A stretch of 64,000 nt of DNA, from positions 1,674,001 to 1,738,000 of the forward strand of contig JAYWIR010000036.1 of assembly GCA_036172245.1 (NCBI GenBank), read 5' to 3'. The position numbers and the translations under genes are program-made. The stretch comes from Raillietiella orientalis (Eukaryota). This document shows positions 1 to 13,985 of this stretch, piece after piece (position 1 is the first letter of the stretch; each line of letters starts with the position of its first letter). A model generated the notes under the pieces. It had not been told where the DNA came from. It searched no databases and saw only the letters and a list, made by a program, of their open reading frames with translations.

Positions 1-2232
1 ACAAAGCGTTTTGCCGACATGCTTTTGACACAGGAAGGAAAAAAAGTGAAGAATGCACCACCACCGGTATTCAGTGAAGGCATCTGAGATTGAATCTGGA
101 AAGATCCCTCTGCTGACTCTCTTACCTTTACTTATTGAGCACAGGATTTCGTTTGAACCCTTGGTATCCGATCGCTATCTTGCGCTTGTCCTTTGGAGCC
201 GAGATCTAGGACAAGGGTTTAGAGGGCAAGTGTGAAGAGCTGAAGAATTATCAACACACGTGTATCACGGTACGAAAATATACAAACACCCAGACCGCTA
301 AACTTGGATCAATAAAAAATCCCTGAGGTGGTGGAAACAGTGGCATTACATCGAGAGGAAAAATCATCTCGGCATCCCCTCGGCTCATGCATGCATGCCG
401 CCCAGATGATGCCCCTTAACTTTAGGCTGAAAAGGCTGCTTCCCTCGTCGCTTTACTCGCTTGCTTCCTGTTTTATGCTTTCATCCATCTCTTCAACAGC
501 GAGGGATACAGTGAAAACGCAAAGGGACCACCTGGTAGATGGACATCACTGAAACGTCACCGACGTCTGGCACTATGCAAATCGCAAAATGAAGCGGACA
601 CAAAAGCCTTGGACTCGTCCAAGGCAAGGAAAGTAACGCGACGACTTGCAGAAGCAGAAGCGAAATGCAGAAGTTTTCAGCCGTATTACATCGGAAAAGG
701 AGAAAAAATCTCTTAGTGGAAGGAAAACTTCCAGTGGAAGGAGGAGAAAATACGTTCTCCACTGGTAACCGGCAGGCGAATTTTGTGAGTAGTGCGGATG
801 AACATTCGATGACATCACCCCTTATCTACCTTGCGAGAAGGGTATCGGAGATAAGACTTTTAATGAAAGCAAGCAGGGAAACTGAACCCATGTTTATCTA
901 TTGGCATGTTGAATGAAGATCTGATGGAAGACTGCTCGTGCAGTTCATTAGTGTTACTGAGCACATCACCAGCCGACGGTCAGGATAGTCACCACCTGCG
1001 TTGCCAGCTGAGTCAAGCCAGTCCCGATGGTGTCGAGCTTATGGTTATACTTGATTGATTATACTTTATTCCAATTCAAGTTTATTCTTCGGAAGCGAAA
1101 CTAAGTTGCAAAAAAAACAAGCGACCGCTCATTTTCGGCGGATGAAAGATGTTATTTTGCTGGGCAGCTTTGAAACCACTTCTTGCGTGTCCGCCTGTGA
1201 AATCGAAAAAGTGTGTGTTCGCCGATGCTGTAAGGCACCTGCATCGCGTCATAATCCAAACGAACATCCAGGTGCTAATGTACATGTTCCAGGTATTTGC
1301 TCGCTGCCTGCAGCACAGGTTCACTCAGGTCACACGTGTCATCGATTTCGAACGGCAAGCATCCGGCGCGTGTCACAGGTTCGCGATGGTGTTCACAAGA
1401 GCTTCACCTTGGCACGAGGAAAGCAGCGAGCCCAAATCACGTCGTTTTACGGGAGCAGTTTCCACTTTTCCCGTGATCGGCTAGCGATGCTTTACGGATC
1501 ATTTCTTCTGAGGGTGGTGTGTAGCTTTCCAACCGTTCGGGTGTGAAGAATTCATAGAGTTTCATCACGGAATTCATGATTCTCGTCCTCGCCATATGCG
1601 TCACCCTTGAAGTTTCCCAGAAATGGAAAGAACTACTCCGTTTACGTCAGTCCTTGATCCTCTCTGTTCGACATTCTGTTGCAAAGGTGAAGCTCTCTTT
1701 CTGACCACTCTGAAATTCGCTCCAGTCGGTCATCGTGAGCCTTTTGGGTGTTTCCCCTGATCGCAGGACTAGGTGCGATAAGGTTTTCGCTTGTTCAGCC
1801 AAAGACAATCAGCCAGACAAAACAGACAGGAGAGTTGACTCTGCAAGCGAACCCGTCTTGTCGAAAGGTCGATTCGGACCGGCTCCTTTTTCGACAGTGC
1901 GAACCTGACAACGAACCTCAGAGTGAACTATAGCAAACATGAGAGTGTAGTCATGGCTGTCTGTGTTTCAGATTTGTGACTCTTCTTGCAGCTGCGCTTT
2001 TTTTTCGAATCTGTGGGAGCGAACTGCTGATGACCAGCATTGTGAGCATCATTTTCTTTGGCTAATCGAACTAGATGCATTTTGGTTGGGATCACCGCAA
2101 AGAGCAGTTCTTCCTCACCACCTTTAGAAAAAAAAAGCTTATTTATTGGGTCTCGCTGCTTCCACTTGCATGGAGCACGCTTATCCTCATTTCCTAAAAC
2201 ACTTTTGTGAACCAAATGCACGGATCTTCCAG

Positions 2233-5200
2233 ATTTTTCGTCATGGACAAAGGACGCCTCTCACTTTTTTTAGAACGGATCCGAACAAAGAAGCCTGGAA
2301 CGTGGAACCAGGAGAACTCCTGAATGTAAATTCTTGTTGTCTTGAAAGTTTTGTATGCAAATGGCGGGGAAGGGGGTGGGGGGTCTGCTTGGTCACGCTT
2401 TGAAGAACATAACGTTCGAAGGAGCCTTCGTCTAGGGTCCCTGTGAATTTCCGCAAAAACTGGAATCAGCGATCCGCCGATGTTCCACCAAAGCCCCAGA
2501 AGGCATTTCCCCGTTTCGCTGTCGAAGTGTGAGATCTGATGGAGGAACGAACCCTTACGAAAGCCTTAGCGGTCAATTAACTCGCACTGACACAGTGACT
2601 GCCGGGTCTGATGCGATGGTTTCGCACACCGCTTTTCGCAAAGAGTGTCCCTCGAACTGCAAAGAGTGTCCTCGTCCGAGGACGGCTCCCGTTAAGGATT
2701 TCGTTCCCACTACGTGGGTGGAGTTTTCCCAGTTTAAGGCGTTCAGATATCTGCTCCTTCTTTCCTCTCCCCTCCAGCTTCTTTCCAATCCTGTAGGATA
2801 CGCGTTTTCAGGAATCGCTGAAGTGATGCCCGGAGCATTTTCATGGATCTCGAGGCATTGGCTCATCTCTGAAGGATGATCTGCTTCTACATGCTTTCCA
2901 CACCTCGCATCCTTGATCAGAAGCATCTCCTGCCAGGAAATGACATTTCTGTCTGTCCCTGCAAATTTTTTTTCGGGCTCGAATGTGTACATTGACGTTA
3001 GCCCATCTGCTTCGTATCTTCTTCCAAATTCGTGCAAGAAGTGTTCCTTCTCCTGCTAAAAGTTAAATTATTAGACTCTGATGCCACTCTTCCTCTTATC
3101 GCTGTTCTCTTGAATTTGCGCTAAGAACGCCTTTCATTAGTCAAGTGTGGAGGCAGTTAGGTCTTTGGAAATTCCAATGGATGACGCATCGCCAAGTATC
3201 AAGAAATAGACGGATCGTCACCATCGTTTTCTGCTCTCGAGGAAGAAGGTGCTGGTGCTTCCGAAGAGATGACGGAAGCAACTGCATGCTGCCGTGCAGA
3301 TCTTAGTACGATGCTCGTCGACCGCAGTGAGAGATCAACAAGCTGCAGACAAATGATATGAATCTCATGCAACAAAGAAAGGCGTGGAATATCCATTTAC
3401 CGGATCCACTCTTAGACTTTGATCAGACTTCTGATATCGTACTCATCAGATTACTGTAAGGAACTATAAGGGTGGCGCTGGTGACGGCGATAACAGTAAC
3501 AGCAGCAGCATGAATACGTTCGTTAAAACGATGGCATGGAAGTAGATTATAGAGAAATTAGCGGACGAGATGATTCGGGTCCACTGGAGCACGACACACG
3601 AGAAGCAAGTAAAGAAGGGGGGAGGGGGGGGGGAGGAAAAAAGCAACGTTCCACAGCAAGTGAAAATGGGAGATCCGTGGCGTAAGTGAAAGTTTTCAGC
3701 AGACTCTTAGGGAGCGTGGTCATTCCGGGCAAGAACGTGGAAGGCTTGTTTTTTGCAGTTTCTGTTCCCATCAGGAGCCCCCTGGGTTGATGAATATTAA
3801 GCGTCGATCAGTAGGGAATCCGAGTACTGCTGGATCTTCAGCCATGCACCTTCTGTGCATCCAAGGAAAAGCAGCAGCCTCCCCTCCAAGGAAAGCAGGG
3901 AAGCAAACTGAACTCGACTGAGGAAAGCATTGAGTACCTTGTCGAGGCATTTCGGCAGCGCACGTCACTCCTGAAGAAACATGCCTGCAACTGCCGATGA
4001 ACTGAGAGCAGAAAAAATGTCCAGGAAGAGCAGAAAGCCAAAGGCGCAAATGAAACCGGCTGAGTCGGAAGGCCTAGCGAGCTGAAAGGACAGCACGACG
4101 AAGGGGGGACCACCAAAGAGAGGAACTCATCGGCGGATCCGAAGAATCAGCAGAAAGCGCAGTGAACATGGAAAAGATTGAATTGCTGCATTTCCTTGAG
4201 TGAAAGCAAAACTGAAAAATCGAAGGAATTTCGAAAGTAACGCCGACTGGACCGCCTAAGACGGATCACTTTTCCTTTCCTTTGGGGCTCGGCTTCGGTG
4301 CGCGCGCGCGGTAGCGAGCCAAGATATCGCTGTAGGAAAGCAAAGGCAGACCAACCCACGCTCCAGATCTTAAAGCATTTCGGGATTCACCATGGATTTT
4401 CTTCTTTTTTTTCCCCCCCGCATCCCATTTCGGAGCTTGCTAAATCATCCCAAGATGCCGAGATCAAAGAACAGTTTTTGGGGGGGGACACCAAAGCATG
4501 AAGGAATAGCCGTGGTCAAAAAGAAACCTGTACACTCACTTTCTCGGGCAGCACTAGCACGAGCGGGGACGGTGGTGGTGAAGAACGACACGCAGGGGAC
4601 AAGCTGCGTATACATTAGGAAGCTCGGGGTTCTAATGCAGGCATTTCGAGCACTTGCATCCACAGACATGAAGATGGGCAGAAGGCAACGCTCACGCCTG
4701 GAACGACCCGAGCACAGGCAGACAAATGAGATGAAACGTGAATGTCCTCTTCCTAATTGACAAAAGCATCCTTTTGGTGGCTCCTAAGGAATCATTCGAG
4801 CTCTTCAGTCAGGAGGATCCCGGAAAATGAAGGCTCTTGTAATCTGTAAGGAGAGAAAGCCTTCCGAGCTGCCACCTGTACTCCAGCGACGGAACAAAAA
4901 ACGAGAAGTGGCTGCTGGGTCTGCTCAAAGGCTGCTTGTAGGAGGCTCCAAGAGCGCGGAGCAAAAAATTTCACTCTGTCCACCGAGACACTCAAAAGAA
5001 AAACGAGTATTGGGAAAACGACTCTGAGGCACAAAAGTTTGACCTTTCCCAGCAACGAGAGAGGGGATGGGACCTCGACTCGGAGCTATCCACGAATTCC
5101 AAGCGCTGTTCGTTGTGAGGCAGTGGCAGCATCTCGCGCAGCTGCTGTTCTAACCACGGAGAGAGGAGGCTTGCTTGAGAAAATGGGGCATCCAAGCGAG

Positions 5201-8200
5201 CATGGGATGCGTGCGGGAGAGAATGCTGGATGATGGGGGGAAAAGCGTCCGGTTTTTTCCCACGCGTTCGAGGAAAAAAAAAACCGGACGCGACTGAAGG
5301 TGTCTCTTGCACAAGAATGCCTCTCTCTCCAGGAAGGAAAAGTCCACCTGATGCAGCTGGGTCGGTTTCTCCGCCAAAGATACGGGGATTTGCTGCCCAA
5401 AAATTATTCCAAAAGGGACGTCTACGCACGCAGTTCTGACGAAGACAGGTGCATCATGAGCGCGCAGTGTTTGTTGCTGGGATTGTATCCGCTGGAGGGG
5501 CAGCAAATCTGGAAGGAACACCTTCCCTGGCAACCGATACCGGTGCACACGGTCCCTTTCAAGTACGACGCGGTAAGTAGAACCGTTCGGAATGCCGCTC
5601 GCGGAGATGCAACCCGGCGACGTTGACGCACTTGCGTTGGGTCTAATCCGGCACGTAACGCGGTTAGGTCAAGAGAGAGACAGGCAGACCCGTCTGTGTC
5701 TTCGTGATGCGCCGCGAGCCCCTGACGGACGAGCGGAGGTTCGCGTGACCTTGTGCTCAGAACCAGCGGCTGATCGAACGCGGCGGCATACAGTGCACAC
5801 TTCGCATTCTAAACAGAAACGCAGTGAGCGACAGAAAGGTCACGGGTTCGTCGGAGCCCAAGAGTTGAATTCAAGGTCCCCACTTACTATGGCTAAGGCG
5901 CTAAAACGCTTCCCGCGTGCTCCTCTGACTTGGGGTCAACTTTTTTCGAAGGCTCGACATAACCAGAAGAATGCATGCTGGTTGCCCGGCTTGCTCCATG
6001 TCCTTTAGGGTGGGACACGAATATCATCCTACGGAAATCTTTTTATTCGACAACATTCTTCTTTAGAACGATCGTTTTTGTCATTCCAGCACGTTAGCCA
6101 TCCTGCATCTTCAGTCACATGATCAACTCCTACGATAAACGTTTCTTTCTAAAAAAAAAAAAGTCCAAAAGTTTATTGAACTTTTTTTTATTTTTTGGAA
6201 AAAAAGAAAAAGGGCAAGATTGTGTTCTAGATCCAGCAGTGGAGCCAAAAACAGCACAGAGACTGCGGATCACATCCGATGCTTAGCATACGAGCATCAT
6301 GTTGAGCCTTTGCATCACGTTGCAATCTTGAGACCCGGGGCATGGATCTCTGTCATCTCTTAGTCTTTCCGAAACGCTCGGGGTCATCAATGACGATTTT
6401 TGATCGCAAACAGAAAAGAAAGGGGCGAACTCGGCTTATCCGTGACCTCAGCGCACCGGGAAAAACCGTTTCAGAGCCTACGGATTGGGAGCGACTGTTC
6501 GCTGCGAAGGAATGCTTTCCTTTGTCGCCGGGAAAACGGTGGGATGCCTCCTGTAAAGCATCTGCTTCACCCCTACGGGATGCTATCGTAAAGAGGAAGC
6601 TGCCTTGGCGATGGGAACAGCAACTCCGCTGTTCTCCAGGAACAGAGTTGGGCTGAGTTTAATCTCTCTTGGAGTCTCGAGTCTCCCTCGAGGCGGGCCA
6701 TCTAGAGACGGGGTCGAATGACGTGAGGGTCATATCGATCGACAAAGTTCGTTCCCGTCCGAATACGCTAGGAAGTGTCTTTTGCAGAACCTCGTTAACG
6801 GATCGCAAAGGCGACTCGAAGACTGCCACTGAGCCTGCGGCGTGGGTCATGGCACATAAAGTAGGGGTACGTACTGGGAATCAGCAGGCTTCGAGTTTGC
6901 GGACGACAAAGCAGAAAGCGCGTGCTGGGCACACATAAGAATCGCACTTTGCGCACGCGGCGCTCCATCTCATCTGAAGACTCGCTCCTTTCTGGGGTCA
7001 CTGCTGCGCTTCGAGGCTGCGCCGTCTCTGCGGGAATAAAGGCAAATCTTCAGATCGTTGCCTAACCCTGTGCCCCTTGAGGGTGCTGCTGGGTCGCTGG
7101 AAGGTTTCCGGAAAGTTCCGGAAGATTCTTCGACACACCGCACCCACAACCCTTCGAGTCTTAGGGAAGGAGTTCACTTGAGCTGGAGAAATATTTTCGA
7201 GGATGCTCAGCATCCTATCATTCCACGGGTTTCGGGAAGATTGCCCACCGGCTAAATGTGCCATTCTCGGGCTTTTCCGCTTTGGGGAAATCGATTCGCA
7301 GCTCCTTTGAAAAGTCGCGAAACAAAAAGCATCTTTCGAGGTGCTTCCGAGACGATTTCTGGGAAGATTTCCAAGTCGGAGCCTTGTGAAAATCCCTCCT
7401 CACGTAAGTGCCCAGATAAGAAAAGGTCGAGGTCTCGTGCAGCTCGAATCGGGAAACACCTCTTTTACCAGCCACAAGATTTGGCTGTATTCCAAGGTCT
7501 CCCCATCCCAAAGCTCTGCGGAATTTTCCCCTTCGCTTGAACTGAACCTCGTTTCTGGCAAAGTCGCCAAAGCAGCATCAACAGCTGCCACGGAGGGTCG
7601 ACCGACCAACATACTACCCCAGCTTGGCGCGGACGCATCCATTTGAAGGCGGAGGAGTGTTTGTCGGATTCCAAGGCTGGAATCCCACTAGCAGAGGAAG
7701 CTGCGCTTCCTGGAGAAGACCGCATGCCGGCAAGCTGAACGGATGCCAGTCACGGATCGCGTCACCAGGAACACTACATAAATGGCTATTGCGTGTGGCT
7801 GCATCAGGCGCGGTTCTGTGGCTTGACTGGTCCCTTCTTTGAGGTTCAAAAAAGCGGCGAAGAGACCGAGATTGATAACCCCCTGCTGGATCGGGGTAGC
7901 GACCGGCAGCCTCACTCCTGGTTCGGGCCGCTCGCGTTCCACCTCGAAACGAGAAGTAAAAGTTGCACGAGTGCGGTTCCCATGCAAGCAAGCCAGCTCC
8001 CTCAACTGGCAAGTGTACCCCAGGGCGATCTTGACTCCTACAAGCATGTCTATTCACTCATTCGGAACAGGATGCAGCGATATCTGCAGCACAGTCCGCC
8101 ATCGCGAACTCGAGGCTCGACCTGACCTGGTACGGCAGGTTCTTTTGTCCCTGATCGCGGAATGCGAGTTCGAACTCCGCCCGGACTTTCACAGTGCAGT

Positions 8201-10924
8201 CAGGCCTGGACGAAAGTCGCTGCTGCTCTGCTACCCACGAAAGACGTCCATGTTGATTTTCCTTTGGGACCTCTCGTCGCCGCGCTGTTTGAGGCTGGGC
8301 CGCTTGGTCCTTCTCTTCAAAGCCGAGCGTCCGCGTCCTACAGCAGACAGGCGTTTGGGAACGAATTCGCGCATTCCCTTTGACAGAACGAGGTGCCTCG
8401 CACCGGACCCGCGAGCAACACACGTCTGCCACAATCAATCTGTCGTCATCTGGGGCGATGGGCGAAGGAGTCTCGACGAGGAGCGATTCGCGCGTTACAA
8501 GAGGAGAGAGGCATCGGTTCCTAGTCGTACCAAGAAACCCTCGAGGCCGGAGGAATACACCGATTCGCCGCACACTTCGCATTTCCTTTTTTTTTTTTTT
8601 AATTCTTTTTGCGAAGCTTCGGTGGTGCCGGCTCTGATGAAAACTGCAATTCTGACCGAGAAGACGCCTTTCCTCAAAAGTCTTGCAATGCGCCGGTCAT
8701 TCCAAGGTGTACGGATTTTTCGTTTCGTTTTGTAAAAATGGCGGGAGAGCGCGGTTACGTGCATCTCACTGAATGGTGGATGGGCCCACGGTTACACTGC
8801 AATCTCCGAATTGGCCAACGGAGTCATGAGCAGCCATTCAGGAGATCTCAGGGGTTAACAACAGACGCTCATCTGAGCGATACCAAGATTCCAGGAATCG
8901 TTCTTGTGCCGTTTGCTGCGGCTCCCGAGCGATTGGCGGAGCTCTGCTCCTTATCGACGCGTGAACTCGCGCGCGCGCTCGCACCCGGGGACACCACACC
9001 GTCTCTTTTCCAGCTGCTAAGACAGGATGCCTCGTGTGCACTTGCAGAGCTGGAGGAGATCAAACTCAGGCAGATGGAGACCAGGCAACACGAGGTCTAC
9101 CAGGAACTGTTCGATTTCTTAAGCAACGCGACCGGGGAAAGAATAGAGAACATTGTGGACCTGTACGGCATCTTCGACACGATTACCATCGAAGTAGGTA
9201 CTGCCAGCAGCAGGCTGAGAGGTCCACGCCTCCCGCAGGCATCGGTGGGACTTCCACTTCCAGCATGGACCTCGACAGTGTTCCCCGAAAAGATGAAAGA
9301 GGTCTCCGACAAGGTGTGGACGCGAATGGCGTCGACCCCGATCCTGCGAAGGCTAAGGGGGGGTAAGTTTCCTCGCGCATCTCTACCAGTAGTTCCCGTG
9401 GAACCCTCGGCTTGCCATTCACACTGAGTGGAGGGATGGACGGCGGGCACCTGCGGTCAGCGATGACCGAGGAACGCTGATCCCGCATGTTTATCCATGC
9501 TAAGAGGAACGCGACAAAGCAGATGAAAGAGAGCGCGAATCCGTAGGGCTCCCCTCCCGCTCCACACTGCCCAACGATACTCCGGAAAGGGGAAGGCACT
9601 GCCCTTGCGAAGGCGATGACCGTGATAGGGACATCCTCGGAGGTTTCGTCTCTTCGAATCCGCCGATCGAAAGATACGGAGGGAAGGAAAGCGAATGACC
9701 GGGCATCACCCGCTTCTCGCCAGCGACTACGCTGCAACAGCCTCCTCCCTCCTCCCTACTCACACAACCACTGGCGTCGATCTTCTCGAAGATTCGCTCC
9801 CCCCACCAACCTCACGGCCCACGCAAGTCACCTGCCGCGTGCAACTTCACTCGGACGGACACTCTTACCGCGCGAGCAAGCTGCAGCCAGAGCCCGTTCC
9901 TGAAATAGAGTCCGGGAAGGCGGAAGGGCCGCCGCCATCACCGCAATCCAGGAGAATGAGCGCGCGGCCCTTCCGTTCCACCAGCACCCGAGGGGTTAAG
10001 GAAGAGGCGCGAGCCCCTGGCAAGCAGAGCAGCGCACACCAGAAAAACGGCGGCCAAGCAACGTGCCTCGTGCGCTTACCCTCCTCCCCTCCTCCACGCT
10101 CTTCTCTTGCCCAGACTCTTTGGCGAATCCGGGGCGTTTGCGAGTCGCTCAGCAAGCAGCAAACAGAACGATGAGGGAAGAGTCGCCGCCCGCTGTGGCC
10201 CTTGGGGGATACAGGCGACTCGGGCAGGCAAACAATCAGGGAGCACTCAAATCCAGGACTCTCCCTCCTGCGTGAATCCGTCCGAATCATCCTCTTGGGC
10301 CTGACCCATCCGGGAGCTTCCGGCGGCCTCAGACGACGGTCCCTTCTGTCCTCTACCCGCCCATCGCGCGCTCCGGCGCTCCCGGAACGCCCGCGAGCAG
10401 CACTGTGCACACCCGGGAACCTCTCAGACGTTTTCCCGAAAGCGCCCGCCTCCGGATCCCTGGAGAGGTGCTTTCGCTGACCGTCTGCTTCACGAAGGCC
10501 CGCTCTGGAAGGAACTGAGGGACAACATGGGACGGAAAGCAAGGAGCGAGCTCTCGCAAAAGATGTTCCTCTACTCCGCCCACGACTCGACCCTGACCAC
10601 GTTCCTGGAAACCATGAAGCTATACGACGGCGTGGCCCCTCCTTACGGCGCCATGATCATAGTGGAGCTGCACCAGAGGGACGAAATCCCGTTTGTGGAG
10701 GTGAGGGGCTCTCCTGGCCTCCGAAGCGGGACGTGGGGGTGCCTCTCTTGCAGATGCTATACAAAAATTCTACCGAGGATACCCAGCCTTCGAGACTGCG
10801 CCTTCAGCAGTGCGGATTCTCCTGCCCTCTGGACGAATTCAACCAGCTGCTGAACCCAGTCATCCCGGATAACTGGGAGAAAGAATGCGCGGACGTGCGG
10901 ACAGAGAACTTCAATCCCGGTTAG
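2233..10924 (+). CDS. Histidine acid phosphatase (lysosomal/prostatic/venom acid phosphatase-like), 5' exon not located
   Basis: Phase-consistent GT-AG exons: 2233-2325 (IFRHGQRTP, catalytic RHGxRxP), 5333-5572 (YARSSDEDRCIMSAQ...WQPIPVHTVP), 9014-9193, 9239-9362 (LPLPAW...LRRLRGG), 10498-10700 (MFLYSAHDST proton-donor HD motif; PPYGA), 10754-10924 (CPLDEF...NWEKEC, TAG). A possible donor at 10920 (G|gttagt) means a further 3' exon cannot be excluded. Confidence 0.92.
7500..8100 (+). mobile_element. Heavily decayed non-LTR (LINE) reverse-transcriptase remnant in an acid phosphatase intron
   Basis: Degenerate LINE RT motifs in the expected order across shifting frames: GIFP (~7520), RPTNILPQLG (~7599; cf. 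RPISILP), GAVLWLDWS (~7807; cf. AVFLDLS), SWF...HLETR (~7916), VPQG+AILTP (~8015; cf. GVPQGSILSP). The RP-to-PQG spacing of ~415 nt fits LINE RTs. No clear YADD. Confidence 0.5.
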
Positions 10925-13900
10925 TCGTGGCGCTCGGAGCAGCTCAAGGCGCGTCGAAAGCAACTCGCCAAAGAGCCCTTCTCCTCCTAGACCTCGAACT
11001 TTCCGCCCCGCGCGAGCCAAGGGCGCTGCCGCGTTAGCACAGCGGCGCTCGCAAGTCGCATCTGCGCAGCTGCCATTCCTCCCCCGAAGAGCGCGCATGG
11101 AGACGACCGGCTGTCCATACGGAAGACTTCAGCAGCCAGTAGTACAAGGATGTCTGGGGTCTCCCGAAGCCGTTGGGATGATTCAAGGGGGTATGGCGAG
11201 GCGCTGGGAACCTGTCCCGCGGCGACCGATGGCGGCTGACCACTGCAGCTTCGTCGGTTCCGTCTCACCGCAGGCGGAACGCTTCCGTAGGCATTTTAAC
11301 TCCCGATGGCCACCAGCTGCTGACCCTCTATGGTCGAAGGATGGCGCCACGTCCTTCGCCCGGGTGGCGCCAAAAACCTCGCATCCCTCCCGACAGAGCA
11401 GCTGGCACTGCTGTCCATCTTGAGGACACATCCACGCTGGGGTCGCCACCTCCGAGGGGCATTCTTTCAGCCCTCCCAAGTCTCCAGCGGTTCGCCTTTT
11501 TGCCTGGAAACTGGAAGCCTCGAGTCCGCTGGAGAGCGTCCAGGAGGACGGCGGGATCTCTGACTGAAGTCATGAGAATCTGCAAGACAATCAGGCGGGC
11601 AAAAAAACATCACGGGCAGTGCGGGAACACCACTGGCAGACGGCAGACTGCAGGGCTGCCAAGCACCATCACTACCACCCCTCCCCCACGCAAGGTACGA
11701 GTCAGCTGCTTCGAGGAAGAGATGGCCACTGGAAGAGGCAGCGCATTTCCTTCCTGCTCATTCGCGAGTGTGGGGTCGCTTCCCAGCCGGGACTGCCCCA
11801 GGTCTGGCCGTTTTGTGCTGCTCTTGGATCAGCGTCCTTTCGAGCGAACGTCCTTTGCGGTCGACTGCTCCCCTCAGGCCCCAGCCTCCCTTCCCAAGGA
11901 CCTTCCCAACGCGCTTGTCGATCCGTTCGATGAGATTGTTTCCAGGTGCGTTTCCATGGCTGGACTGGATCATCTCCTTCGCAAATTTCACGTGTGAGAT
12001 GTCCCCTAGTCTCCAGTCCCCTAGGATGGTACTCGACGGAGGGCCAATCAGCTTCCCGAATTCCGATTCAAACTAGCATGAGGTGCCCCCCCCCCCCGGA
12101 GACAGGCTCACAGGGTCCGCAGTACATAACGTGAACGCAGGTGGTTCCCATGTGCAACCACAAAGTGCAGAGCCAGCTGTAAATGCGCCACCAAGTGGAC
12201 TCCGTCCGTCTCGGTCCCTTTTTGTCGAAACTGGGCGGAAAGAAATAAACGGGCACACCTTCGAGTTTTCGCGTACGTTCCTGGGAATAAGAAGCACTCG
12301 AGAAGTGTCCGCCCTTCTGCATTTGGCAGGGTTTCCGTGCTCCACCGAAAGTCCTCGCAGACCACGCATCCAGCCGTATATCGGGAAGAACACGTCAAAA
12401 ACACCAACAAGCAGCCATGAGCGAAGCGTCACCGAGACGACGACCACGCGTCGCAAAATCCTCGGTTGCTCGGGCGATGAAGCTAGCGAACTGTAGGGCT
12501 GGTGGCTCCGCTTCGCGGACGCCAGAAACGCCGAACACCAGCAGCAACTACGCGGAACGCCGGAAGCAGAAGCGGGACATCCCGTGATGCTGCGAACAAC
12601 GGAGAAGCAAACGAGAGGAATTTCTCGCAGGGACCTGCAACTCCGTGGAATCGAGCAAAGAAAAATACTGCGGCATCTCGACGGACGGAGGACTCTTGAA
12701 CGGCGGCGGAGAATCCGCAGCACACAGGAAGCACCCTTCGCCGCCGCGTGTCCGCGCTGGAGGCGAGGGTTCCTTCCTTCTGCTACAGCTGCCCGCGACC
12801 ACCACTTCAGATGGATGCGATGACGAACTCTGGATCACCGCCGATGCGCGCCGCATCCTGGCTCAGCGCCCCCTTATGCTCACCGCGCGTTGGCCCGTGA
12901 TCCCGCGTGCCGTAGCGATCTCCTGATGGGATTCGGCCACCCTTCCAATCAAGGGAACAGCATGTGCTCTCCTCACGCGCAGCAGGTACGTTCGCTGTCC
13001 CAGCAGCACCAGCCGAGTTTCGGAACGACACGCAACGCGTCCGCGAGCCGCGTGAACTTCTGAGGGAACCCTTGAGTGACGACCCTTGAGTGCGAGGATA
13101 GAACGCGCCCGGGAACGGACGGGAACCTAGGCGAATCCGCTCTCTTCCCCCTCCCCCCCGGAGAGCGGAGGCGAATCGACGGGAAAATCGCAGCGGAGGC
13201 AGCAAACGTATCGTCCGCGCGCTTCGTTTCCGGAGCTCTGGACGGCGTGGAGACGGCTGCGGGGAGGACAAGGGAGGGGCGGCGCAGGCGGGCACGCCGG
13301 AGGCTACCGGAAATGGTGCAAGTGGCGTGCTCGCTCGCCGCCGGAGCAGCCACTTCGATCCCTAACGACGCGCGTCCTCCTCCGATTTCGAAACCATGCT
13401 GAGGGGGAGGGACTGAGGTGGTCGCCGACTTCCGGGGGCAAGGTAGTCCGGAGGAGCAGGGGGAGACGGACACGCGGGGACGATCGACGACCCGCTCGAG
13501 GTCTCTCGCGAAAGCTTCGGAACGGTCCCCGCCAGAACGGTTCGCGGGTCCCTACGATGAGGATGATCGAACGGTTCGCGGGTCCGCAACCGAGGAAGGA
13601 GCAGCGCTCTCCGAAAAGCTTCCTCTTCCAAAGGCTTTCTCTCGCCTGACTGGGGAAACGACCTTGGCTGAAGGCCGACAGCCCCTGCAGTGCGCATATA
13701 TCAGCTTGCGTCTCTGGGCTCGCTTGAGTACTCGGGGACATACCCACGGGTGGTGCACGTGGCGACGGACGCGGGTGATGCAAGCGAAGTGGCAGCGCTC
13801 CCGTGTTCCGTGCCGTGCCTTTGGGAAAGGAGACCCCCCTCAAAAGCCCCGGAAAAAAGACAAAGGTGTCCCCTCGGAAGGTAGCGGAGGCTTCACTTTT

Positions 13901-13985
13901 CATTACTTTGCTTCCTTTTGGCCTCGGGCCAGTAAGAGAGTGCCCGATGGTCGGTGCGCAGTTTCCCGGGGAGACGACCGGCGCA

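Noticed and set aside
1577..1687. Possible first exon of the acid phosphatase (MILVLAICVTLEVSQ...SVAK|gtgaag)
   Set aside because: Phase fits, but the signal peptide is weak and the hydrophobic strand expected before RHG is missing; not supportable.
13535..13585. 17-bp direct repeat gaacggttcgcgggtcc x2 (similar pairs near 2640, 32615 and 44772)
   Set aside because: Only two copies each, so these are local micro-duplications, not CRISPR or satellite arrays.
7839..13900. Many overlapping 100-300 aa ORFs in GC-rich DNA
   Set aside because: Expected by chance at high GC. Apart from the acid phosphatase exons they show no motifs or consistent splice structure.
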